A program made the position numbers and the translations under genes. Source: an uncultured Alphaproteobacteria bacterium (GTDB lineage Bacteria; Pseudomonadota; Alphaproteobacteria; Geminicoccales; Geminicoccaceae). From it: 64,000 nucleotides of DNA. Where the stretch lies: contig CAVVXU010000004.1 in NCBI GenBank assembly GCA_963752325.1, forward strand, positions 50,559 to 114,558, written 5' to 3'. This document shows positions 29,619-41,575 of the stretch, in pieces. Below the pieces are notes generated by a model, which saw only the letters and a program-made list of their open reading frames with translations, was not told the DNA's origin and ran no database searches. Positions within the stretch are counted from its first letter, which is position 1, and the number at the start of each line of letters is the position of its first letter.

Positions 29619-30518
29619 TCAGTCCTTGACGGCACCGCTCGTGAGACCCTGCACGATGAGGCGCTGGAAGATGAAGGCGAGGAGCAGCGGCGGCACGATC
29701 GCGATCACCCCGCCGGTCGCCATCAGCGTGCGCTCGGTGGTGACGTCCGTGGCGAAGCCTGCGACGACCACGGGCAGCGTCTTGGAGGCCGTGGTCGAGG
29801 TGAGGATGACGGCGAAGAGATAGTCGTTCCAGGCCGTCATGAACGCGAACATGGCAGCGGCGATGAGGCCCGGCCGGGCGGCCGGCAGCAGGACCTTCCA
29901 GACCATCTGCGGCCAGTTGCAGCCGTCGATGAGCGCCGCCTCCTCGAGCGAGCGCGGCACCGACTGGAAGTAGTTCTTCAGCAGCCAGATCGTGAAAGGC
30001 AGCGTGAAGGTGACGTAGGTTCCGATCAGCGCCGAGAGATTGTCGAGCAGCCCGTAGGTCTGGATCGTCAGATAGAGCGGCACGATGAGTGCTATGCCGG
30101 GGATCATGCGCGAGCCGATATAGAGGCTCAGCAGCGGCCCGCGGCCGCGGAAGTTGAGCCGTGCCAGGCTGTAGCCGGCGAGCGTGCCCAGAACGAGGTT
30201 GACGATGGCCGTGCCCATCGCGGCGATGAACGAGTTGATGAGCCCGGGCAGGGTGTCCTCGAGCGCGCGGCTGCCGACCAGCGCACGGGTCTGCGAGGGA
30301 TGGAGGAAGGAGAGGTAGTTGGCGAGGGTCGGGTGCTTCGGGATCCACTGCGGCGGCACCGAGAGCGCCTCCTGCTCGTGCATGAAGCTCGTGAGCAGCA
30401 GCCAGCAGAACGGCGCCAGAATGTAGATCGCGACGAGGGCGCCGCCCAGCATGAGAAGAAGTGTGCGAAGGTTCTTCTCGGCGATGCGCGGCATGGTCGA
30501 GGTGGCGGTCGGGGTCAT
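29619..30518 (-). CDS. CUT1 carbohydrate ABC transporter permease
   Basis: ATG30518 overlaps the upstream stop (ATGA). EAA loop ..PRSLEEAALIDGCNWPQMVWKVLLPAARPGL... 299 aa. Confidence 0.9.
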   Translation of the reverse strand: MTPTATSTMPRIAEKNLRTLLLMLGGALVAIYILAPFCWLLLTSFMHEQEALSVPPQWIPKHPTLANYLSFLHPSQTRALVGSRALEDTLPGLINSFIAAMGTAIVNLVLGTLAGYSLARLNFRGRGPLLSLYIGSRMIPGIALIVPLYLTIQTYGLLDNLSALIGTYVTFTLPFTIWLLKNYFQSVPRSLEEAALIDGCNWPQMVWKVLLPAARPGLIAAAMFAFMTAWNDYLFAVILTSTTASKTLPVVVAGFATDVTTERTLMATGGVIAIVPPLLLAFIFQRLIVQGLTSGAVKD

Positions 30519-31480
30519 GCCTCGATCTCCCCGCGTCGATAGAGAACCTTGAAGTAGATGAGGGCCAGACCGAGCGTGATCAGACTGACGATGTAGGCGT
30601 AGGCATTGCCGTGGCCGAAATCGAGACTGTCGAATGTGGTGAGGTAGGTCTTCCAGGTCAGGGTCGTCGTGGCCGTCCCCGGGCCGCCGGCGGTCAGGAC
30701 ATAGATGACGTCGAAGGCGCGGATCGCCGACATCGTCTGCAGGATCAGCACGACCAGCAGCGGCTGGGCCAGCCAGGGCAGGGTGATGTGGCGGAACAGC
30801 TGCAACGGGCGGGCGCCGTCGACCCTGCCGGCGTCGTAGAGATCGCCCGGGATGCGCTGCAAGGCAGCGAGCAGCAGGATCACGGCCAGCGGCACGGTGT
30901 TCCAGACATCGGCCCACACGAGCGACAGCAAAGCGGAGGTCGGCGTCGAGAGCCAGCCTTGATAGACCTCGATGAGGCCCAGGCTTTTCAGGAGACCGTT
31001 GAGCGCGCCGAACTTGGGATCGAAGATCCACTGCCACATCAGGCCGTTCACGACCGGCGGGATGGCCCAGGGTACCAGGATGAGGGTCCTGACGAGGCCG
31101 CAGCCCGGGAATCGACAATTGAGCAGGAGGGCGATCATCATGCCGAGGATGACGACCAGCGCCACGACAAGCAGCGTGAACTCGGCCGTTATCTTGAGCG
31201 CAGACCAGAACTCTGCGGTTCTCATGATGTCGAGGTAGTTCTGCAGGCCGACGAAGCGGAAGCGGTTGGGCCGCCGCAGGCTGTATTGGTGCAGGCTTAT
31301 CCATGCCGAACAAAGGATCGGGTAGCCCGCCAGCAGCGCGATCGCGACCAGGGAAGGCATGTTGAGGAGGAAGGCGAAACCCGCCCGATCGTAGCCGACG
31401 CGGTTGTTGCGCTTCCGTCCGATAGGCATGGCGCCGGTAGGCGGAGCAGACGCTGCGGGTGCCGTGGCCTCTGCCTTCAT
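30515..31480 (-). CDS. CUT1 carbohydrate ABC transporter permease
   Basis: ..LQRIPGDLYDAGRVDGARPLQLFRHITLPWL.. is an EAA loop. ATG31480 (GAGGAG upstream) is preferred over ATG31504. Confidence 0.85.
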   Translation of the reverse strand: MKAEATAPAASAPPTGAMPIGRKRNNRVGYDRAGFAFLLNMPSLVAIALLAGYPILCSAWISLHQYSLRRPNRFRFVGLQNYLDIMRTAEFWSALKITAEFTLLVVALVVILGMMIALLLNCRFPGCGLVRTLILVPWAIPPVVNGLMWQWIFDPKFGALNGLLKSLGLIEVYQGWLSTPTSALLSLVWADVWNTVPLAVILLLAALQRIPGDLYDAGRVDGARPLQLFRHITLPWLAQPLLVVLILQTMSAIRAFDVIYVLTAGGPGTATTTLTWKTYLTTFDSLDFGHGNAYAYIVSLITLGLALIYFKVLYRRGEIEA

Positions 31481-31833
31481 GCCACTCCTCGGCAAGTGCT
31501 GCATGACGAGCCCCTCCGGGCAAGAGGCTCATGCCGTGCTTGAGCAAGAGATATATGAGAAATATATTTGATGCAAGTAGCACACCTCGCCGCCACCTGC
31601 GCGGCTTCCGCAGCCGTCCGATGATGGTGGGTCGAAGCTGGGAGTGGCGTCGTGCTGATCTGGCAGCGCGACATGGCCACCAGCGCCTGCCATCGCCAAG
31701 TGCGCTCGGTCGCCGACCTGAGCGGCTTCCACGGCGGCGTGCCGGACGAGCTTTTGCTCCAGGATGCCCGCAACGGCCAAGTCCGCCGCACCGGCTAATC
31801 GCTGCAGGAGCGCTGTCCCCAGCGGTGACGGGG

Positions 31834-32009
31834 TTAATAGCCCCGACACGCCTTCACATCGTTGAACCGATTGCGCCGGATCTCACGATGGAGGGTCAAT
31901 CCGTGACGTTGAGCTCCTTGCTGATCGCGCCGATCGGCGGCTTGGCGTTCAGCAGGCGGAAGATCGCTCGACGCTCGTCGAGCGCAAGCTGACGACAGGA
32001 TCGGCCCAT
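31834..32009 (-). pseudogene. IS30-family transposase N-terminal (HTH) remnant, frameshifted and truncated
   Basis: ATG32009 (GGAGGTGG upstream) reads MGRSCRQLALDERRAIFRLLNAKPPIGAISKELN, then shifts frame to ..HGLTLHREIRRNRFNDVKACRGY*. The REI(R/K)RN motif is the hallmark of IS30 HTH regions. No catalytic domain follows. Confidence 0.55.
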
Positions 32010-32155
32010 CTTCCACCTCCAGCGCTAACCACCTGGAAAGGCTAGCTTATCTCGCTTCACGATGGAATCCAGCCACTGGATTTCATCGAGCGCCCAAGTA
32101 AATTGTAGATTAATGACACATACGACTAGGAAGGCGCGACCACTCCACCGCCGGA

Positions 32156-33226
32156 TCAGGCGCTCTGGCGGCGGATGATCTCGAAGCCGAGGTCGAATCG
32201 CCGATGGGCAGGTATGGTGCCAGCGAAGCGCTCCAGCAGGCATTTGGCGGTCGTGCGGCCGATCTCGTAGCGGGGCGTCCGCAGCGTCGTGAGGGGCGGA
32301 ACCGTGGTCGAGGCGAGGCCGCTGTCGCCCCAGCCGACGACGGCGATCTGCTCGGGCACCCGAATGCCTCGGCGATGGCAGATGTGGAGAGCACCGATCG
32401 CTTGGTGTTCGGACGCGAATAGGCAGCCATCGAGGTCCGGCATGCGCTCGAGCAGTCGCAGGAGCGCCGTCCCGCCGCCATCGACCGTCATGGGTGCCTC
32501 GACCACGACGGAGGCGCTCGCCTCGATCCCGGCCTCCCGGAGGACCGAGAGGAAGCCGTCACGACGATGCGAGAGGCGCTCATTGTCAGTCGGATCGCCC
32601 AGCACCAGACCGATCCTGCGGCAGCCACGAGGGAGGAGTAGACTTGCACACCCGCGGCCGCCGGTCGCGTTCGACAGGCCGACGGTCATGCCGATTTGCC
32701 GCCCGTCGATCTCGTTGATCTCGACCGTCGGCGTTCGGCTGCGCTTCAGGAGTGCTCTCGTCGCGCGACTATGGGTCATCCTAACCAGGACAAGGCCGGC
32801 GGGGCGCCAGCCCATGGTGACCCTGACAAGGACCTCTTCTTGCTTCGGTGAGAAGCCACAGTCGCCAAGCAGCAGCTGATAGCCACTGCCGGCGAGCCCA
32901 TCGGACAGGCCCTGGATCGTCTCGGCGATGATGGAGTTGGCGATCGTGCCGACGATCGCCGTGACGATCGGGGAGCGGCCGGCACCGAGGCTGCCGGCGG
33001 CGGCGTTCCGGATAAATCCCGTGCTCCGGATGACCTCTAGCACACGGGTGCGCGTGGCTTCGGCGACCAGATCCGGCTGGCGCAGGGTTCGGCTCACAGT
33101 CATCGGGGCCACACCGGCCGCCGCCGCTACTTGGCGGATGGTCACGGGCCGCACCTCGTCGCGCCGCGGCCGGCGCCTCTGAACACCCATGCCCGTGCCG
33201 TTACCGGCACCGTGCATGCCTGTCAA
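32156..33226 (-). CDS. LacI-family transcriptional regulator
   Basis: ..VTIRQVAAAAGVAPMTVSRTLRQPDLVAEATRTRVLEVIRSTGF.. is a LacI HTH, followed by a type I PBP effector domain. The true start may be the internal ATG at 33190. Confidence 0.9.
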   Translation of the reverse strand: MTGMHGAGNGTGMGVQRRRPRRDEVRPVTIRQVAAAAGVAPMTVSRTLRQPDLVAEATRTRVLEVIRSTGFIRNAAAGSLGAGRSPIVTAIVGTIANSIIAETIQGLSDGLAGSGYQLLLGDCGFSPKQEEVLVRVTMGWRPAGLVLVRMTHSRATRALLKRSRTPTVEINEIDGRQIGMTVGLSNATGGRGCASLLLPRGCRRIGLVLGDPTDNERLSHRRDGFLSVLREAGIEASASVVVEAPMTVDGGGTALLRLLERMPDLDGCLFASEHQAIGALHICHRRGIRVPEQIAVVGWGDSGLASTTVPPLTTLRTPRYEIGRTTAKCLLERFAGTIPAHRRFDLGFEIIRRQSA

Positions 33227-33310
33227 AGCCTGCCGGCCGAAGCCTTGACGCCCTGGAGATCAGGCGGGTATCTCTGATACCGGTCTCAGGAGAGGTGACA
33301 GATCGGCGGG

Positions 33311-33660
33311 GTGCTCAGCGAGGACGCCAAGGCGTTCTACCGGCGCGAAGGCTACTACTTCCCGCTCACGGCAATGCCGCGGAACGAGGCCACCCGCTAC
33401 CGGGGCGCGCTGGAAGACTGGGAGCAGCGCAACGCGACGGGCCTGCCGTCGGAGAAGCTGTTGCGCTCCAAGGCGCATCTCATGTCCACGGCTCTCTTCG
33501 AACTCGTCCATCGGGAGAGCGTCCTCGATGCCGTCGAGGACATCCTGAGGCCCGACATCCTGCGCTGGGCCTCGGGCGTGTTCCTGAAGGAGGCAGGGGA
33601 TCCCGCCTTCATCGCTTGGCATCAGGACGGGATGTACTGGGGCCTCGACAGGCCGGACAT
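33311..33660 (+). pseudogene. phytanoyl-CoA dioxygenase (PhyH) family gene, 3'-truncated by the IS3 element
   Basis: MLSEDAKAFYRREGYYFPL...DPAFIAWHQDGMYWGLDRPD is a PhyH N-terminal half with the start of the HxD motif. Similarity stops exactly at the IS3 inverted repeat (33661). Confidence 0.7.
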
Positions 33661-34846
33661 TGGAGTGGGCCCCTGGTGCCGGACGCGATCAGGCGGCGTC
33701 TTTGACCGGCGGCCGGGCGTGCTGCTTCTCGTACTGTTCGGGGCTCAGGTAGCCAAGCGATGAGTGGAGGCGCCTGGCGTTGTACTTCTGAATGAAGGCC
33801 GGCAGCTGTTCCGCGACGTCCTCGTCGGTTTCAAATTCGGGCGGGTAGACGGCTTCGACCTTTAGTGTCTTTATCAGGCTTTCCATCATCGCGTTGTCAT
33901 AGGGATTGCCACGCCGCCCCATTGATCGCAGAGTGATCAATCCGATTCCGCGGGGACTGGCGCCAGCAGGCGCCAGAGGGAGCCCACGAGTTGGGCGTCG
34001 GCGAGACGGTCTCGGTATCTCCGGGCAGCGTATTGCGAGCCGCGATCGGAATGATGCAGGCAACCTTCGGGCGGCTGGCGATGCACGATGGTGGCATCGA
34101 GCGCCGCCAGCGTCAGGCGCGCATCGATCCGCCGGCCGATGGCGTAGCCGACGATGCGCTGCGACCAGGCGTCCATGATCAGGGCAACGTAGACAAACCC
34201 CGCGACGATGGCGACGTCGGTCAAGTCGGCGACCCACAATTGGTTCGGGCCGTCGACGACGAGCTCGTCTCGTCGGTGGGGAAAGATCAGCAGGTCGTGG
34301 TCGCTGTCGGTCGTGGCGACGAACCGCCGGCGTCGTGGTGGGTGAGGCTGTGCTCGCGCATCAGCCGCTTCAGCTTCTTGTGGCTCACGACCCAGCCCTG
34401 CTGACGGAGCGCCGCCCGCATCAGCCGGCGTCCTTCGGCGATGGACATGCCATGGGCGCCCGCTTCTCGGCCGCCGTCCTTGCCGCACGGCCCCCTTTAG
34501 AAACTCGAGCTCGAGCGCCTGCTTGCCGACGAGCCGCTCAAGCGCAGCGATCCGCGCTTCGTACTCCTGGATCAGGTCGGCCACCTGCGTGTCCTCGTCG
34601 AAGGCGCCAGCCTCGTACTTCTCGACCCATGCAAGGCAACGCCTTGCATCGGATCAGGGTCCGCGACAGATCGTGCCTCTTCGCCAGATCGTGCAGCGTC
34701 TCGCCGGCCAGGAACTCCTGAACGACCTGACGCTTGAACGCGACGCTGTGGGTTCTGTGTCTCGCCATGGCTTTCATCCTTCGAAAGCCCGGCTACCTGG
34801 TCAATTCCAATCCACCGCGATCGTCCGGCTCAAGGGGCCCACTCCA
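33661..34846 (-). mobile_element. IS3-family insertion sequence, transposase genes degenerate
   Basis: Terminal inverted repeats TGGAGTGGGCCCCT... (33661-) and ...AGGGGCCCACTCCA (-34846) match in 23 of the first 25 positions. OrfA (MARHRTHSVAFKRQVVQEFLAGETLHDLAKRHDLSRTLIR / WVEKYEAGAFDEDTQVADLIQEYEARIAALERLVGKQALELEFLKGA) and OrfB (..FVATTDSDHDL..DGPNQLWVADLT..HSDRGSQY..GNPYDNAMMESL..LHSSLGYLSPEQYE) are spread over at least 3 frames, with an internal deletion. Confidence 0.85.
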
Positions 34847-35682
34847 CAGCGGCGGTCAGTGGGACACGATGCTCGCGCCCAGCGTTGATCCGTTCGGCGG
34901 GAACGGTCCAGATGCGAGCGGACGAATCAAATTCGCCCCAAAGGATGCTCCGTACCCCACCGGAGCGCGCTGCAGTCAGGATGGCGAACCCAAGGGCACG
35001 GGCCGAAGTGCCGTCGCGCCCCAGCAAGCCCTAGAGAACCCCGGTGCCTCGCGCCAGTCGAGCGCGGCATGATGCTTCACAGCCCGGACCTTGGAGGGCT
35101 GAGGCAGAAGGTGATCGAGATGACCACGCCAGCGCGCCGGGTTCTCACCCGTGCGAGCCTTGGTTGCCGCGGCGTAGTTGAGCGCCGCCTCGATGCGCTG
35201 GCGGACTCGGCTCGCCGTCTCCGGCTTCGTCGTCCGAATTGGCCGCAGCACGGCGAGCACGGCCTCGGTATCCACCGCAGCCACGTCGGTCCGGCCCAGC
35301 GATGGATAGGCGTAGGCGGCCAGGGTGGAACTCCACTGCGCAGCGTGCTTCTCGTTGCGCCAATCCACCCGCTTGCTCTCGATCAGCGCCTCGGCCATCT
35401 CCTTGAAGGTGAGCGTCTGCTGCTGGTGCCGCTGCGGTCGAGGATCCACGCCATCGGCCCCGCGCGCCCTTGATTCCAGGGCCTTCTCCCGAGCTCGCGC
35501 GAGGCTCACAGCAGGCCAGCCGCCGAGCCCAATATCCAGTCGCCGGCCACGATGGACAATGCGCAGTACCCACGACCGCGCGCCCGAGCCCTTCACCAAA
35601 AGCTGAAGTCCCATCACGCCGCCGCGGCCACTGTCCAGGTGCCGCCCAGGGGGGCGGTCTCCACCCTACGGGCGCTCAGCAT
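34847..35682 (-). pseudogene. P4-type tyrosine integrase, frameshifted and 3'-truncated
   Basis: ATG35682 reads MLSARRVETAP, shifts frame in a G6 run (35649-35654), then reads PGRHLDSGRGGVMGLQLLVKGSGARSWVLRIVHRGRRLDIGLGGWPAVSLARAREKA... (ORF 34976-35617). It shifts frame again into ..GFAILTAARSGGVRSILWGEFD...INAGREHRVPLT. It ends at the IS3 repeat, before the HxxR and Tyr catalytic motifs. Confidence 0.75.
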
Positions 35683-35840
35683 TTGTCGGCTACCACATTC
35701 GTTACCACGCAGCGATGTGGATTCCCGCAAACGGCACCGGACGTCAATGCCCCGGTATGAATGTCAAGATTATGATAACATTACATAAAATGGCTATCGG
35801 CGAATTTCTACGAACGTAGGCGAACGCACAGCTCGGCGGA

Positions 35841-35854
35841 CGCTCCCTCCGCCA
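35841..35854 (+). repeat. 14-bp direct repeat of the tRNA-Ser 3' end (candidate att site)
   Basis: CGCTCCCTCCGCCA at 35841-35854 is identical to 6824-6837, the last 14 nt of tRNA-Ser including CCA, in the same orientation. It lies 159 bp from the integrase start. An AT-rich stretch lies between them. Confidence 0.55.
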
Positions 35855-35998
35855 CATTCCGGAACAAAGCCGCGAACGTCGGGCTGCCTGATGAGCCGAT
35901 CAAGCGGCTTGCTCCTGAGGCGAGGCTCAAGATCGGTCAGCCGCAAGGAGCCTGCTCACGCATCCTCGGCGTGCTGATGCCAGCGCGCAAGCTCGCGG

Positions 35999-36583
35999 TC
36001 AGCAGCCGTGCACGGTCTGCGAGAGACGTTCGGCCTCGATTGTCGTCAGGACGAGCTTGCCGCCCGAGCGCGGCTCTCGCGAGCCTCCCGGGTTGGCGTC
36101 GCACCACGCGACCTGTTGTCTGGCTACCTCCAGGAGCTCGGCGGGCTCGCGGACGTCGGTGGGGAAGCGGGGGTCGCTGGGAGCCAGGTGCAGCCCCAGG
36201 TCCAGCTCGATGCCACGGTCGTCGCGACTGCAGTGCACGGCGCGCATGCGCCGCTGGCGCTCGGACCAGCCGACCATGCCGATCTCGGGCTCCATGCCGT
36301 CTGAGAGATTGGCTTGCTGGCCGGCGAGCGTCTCGAGTGCGGTGCCATACACCTCACTCATGGCGCCTGCCGCATCATCGAAGCTCTCGAGGGGCAGGTT
36401 GCCAAGGGCCGTCACGAAGCTGATAAGCGCCCCGCAGGTCCCGCGACCGAAGACGACCAGGCCGAGGACGGCATTCGGAAAAGCCTTCTGCACGTGTCCG
36501 TGCTGGCCGCCGACCGGCTCCGGCACGGTATCGGTCACCAGATAGGCGCGGCGCTTGCCGAGGTTGAGAGCGAGAATGGTCAC
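35999..36583 (-). CDS. hypothetical protein (194 aa), no family recognised
   Basis: GTG36583 is preceded by GGAG (8-nt spacer). Codons are G/C-ending throughout. The upstream 54 codons of ORF 35999-36745 are Arg/Ser-rich and probably untranslated. Confidence 0.5.
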   Translation of the reverse strand: MTILALNLGKRRAYLVTDTVPEPVGGQHGHVQKAFPNAVLGLVVFGRGTCGALISFVTALGNLPLESFDDAAGAMSEVYGTALETLAGQQANLSDGMEPEIGMVGWSERQRRMRAVHCSRDDRGIELDLGLHLAPSDPRFPTDVREPAELLEVARQQVAWCDANPGGSREPRSGGKLVLTTIEAERLSQTVHGC

Positions 36584-36948
36584 GACATTGGCTCCGGATG
36601 GCCGAGGAGGGGCTCCTCTGTCGAGATCGATACATCCTTGCTGGCTGGCAGCTGTGTGACGGCGCTCACAGCGATGACGGCTTCGTGACCGCGTCTGAGA
36701 AGCGATCAGCTCGTCGCCGGGTCGTCCGCCCGAGAGGGCGCCCATGGGAGCGCTTTCGTTCCGTCCGGGGCGCGGCTGTAGGCACTATCGCGACCAACCG
36801 CACATCCGACCCCGTCGGCCTCGAGCGCGCCGGCGCCAGCTCGGCGAGGGAAAGCCTGTCATCGAGCCGAGCGGGCGGGTGCCCGGCTGGCGTAGTCCAG
36901 AGCTGTTGCGGCAGGAGAGCTTGGTGCCCTCCAGGGTCATGCCAGCGC

Positions 36949-37959
36949 TCAGAATCCCGTCGCGGGCTCGCGCCAGGAATCGAGCACGCGCAGATAGTTG
37001 GCGCGCTCGAAGGCTGTAGGGTCGGGGACGTGACGCTGGCTCATGGCGCCCTTCATCTGTGCCACCGAGGCATAGCCGCGGCGCTCCATCCAGGCGGCTA
37101 GGCCGTCGCGCAGTGCGCCGAGCCGGGCCGGTCCCTCGCGCAGCAGAGCCGAGGTGGTCATGACCGCATCGGCACCGGAGAGGATGTATTTGACGACCTC
37201 GTCGGGCCCCTGGACGCCTGTGCTGGCGGCGAGCGAGGCCTGGATGCGGCCGTGCAGCACGGCGATCCAGAGAAGCGGCAGCCGAATCTCCGAGGACCTG
37301 CTGAGCTCGAGCGTGGGGGCCACCTCGAGCGCGTCGAGATCGAGGTCCGGCTGATAGAAGCGGTTGAAGAGGACGAGGCCGTTGGCTCCGGCCTCGACCA
37401 GTCGTCGGGCTAGATTGCCGAATGCGCTGTAGAAGGGGCCGAGCTTGACGGCCACCGGGATCGAGACGGCCCGCCTGACGGCCAGGAGAATGTCGAGACA
37501 ACGCTGCTCGACGGCGGCGGACGAGGTGTCGAGGTCGGCCGGGATGTGAAAGATGTTGAGCTCGATGGCGGCGGCCCCGGCCTCCTGCATGAGGGCCGCA
37601 TGCTCGGTCCAGCCTTCGCTCGTGACGCCGTTCAGGCTTGCGATGATGGGAACGCCGGTGCTGTGCGCGGCCTGCCCAAGCAGCTCCAGATAGGGCCCTG
37701 GGCCGATGCGGCTGTCCTCGACGGTTGGGAAGTAGTCGAGGGCCTCGCCGAAGCTCTCGGTGCCAGCGCTGGTCAGCCGCTCGAGAGCGGCGCGCTCCTG
37801 CCGGATCTGCTCCTCGAACAGCGAGAAGAGGACGATGGCGGCAGCCCCGCCATCCTCCAGCCGCCTTATCCCGTCGAGCGTGCGTGAGAGGGGGGAGGCC
37901 GAGGCCACGACAGGATGGGCGAGCGGCAGGCCGAGATAGGTGGTGCGGAGGTCGACCAT
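36949..37959 (-). CDS. dihydroorotate-dehydrogenase-like FMN protein (PyrD/DPD domain IV fold) with no ferredoxin domain
   Basis: ATG37959 with GAGGAG 6 nt upstream, 10 nt after the nifJ stop. ..LGLPLAHPVVASASPLS.., ..IIASLNG.., ..AIELNI.., ..VAVKLGP.., ..LFNRF.., ..STGVQGPDEVVKYILSGADAVMT.. form the class 1 DHODH-like TIM barrel pattern. Confidence 0.85.
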   Translation of the reverse strand: MVDLRTTYLGLPLAHPVVASASPLSRTLDGIRRLEDGGAAAIVLFSLFEEQIRQERAALERLTSAGTESFGEALDYFPTVEDSRIGPGPYLELLGQAAHSTGVPIIASLNGVTSEGWTEHAALMQEAGAAAIELNIFHIPADLDTSSAAVEQRCLDILLAVRRAVSIPVAVKLGPFYSAFGNLARRLVEAGANGLVLFNRFYQPDLDLDALEVAPTLELSRSSEIRLPLLWIAVLHGRIQASLAASTGVQGPDEVVKYILSGADAVMTTSALLREGPARLGALRDGLAAWMERRGYASVAQMKGAMSQRHVPDPTAFERANYLRVLDSWREPATGF

Positions 37960-37969
37960 CGAAGGCTCC

Positions 37970-41574
<3,605 letters not shown>

Positions 41575-41575
<1 letters not shown>

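Noticed and set aside
34530-34660. Programmed -1 frameshift site between IS3 OrfA and OrfB
   Set aside because: No A-AAA-AAG-type slippery heptamer is visible. The copy also has an internal deletion and further frame breaks in OrfB, so the shifts reflect decay rather than recoding.
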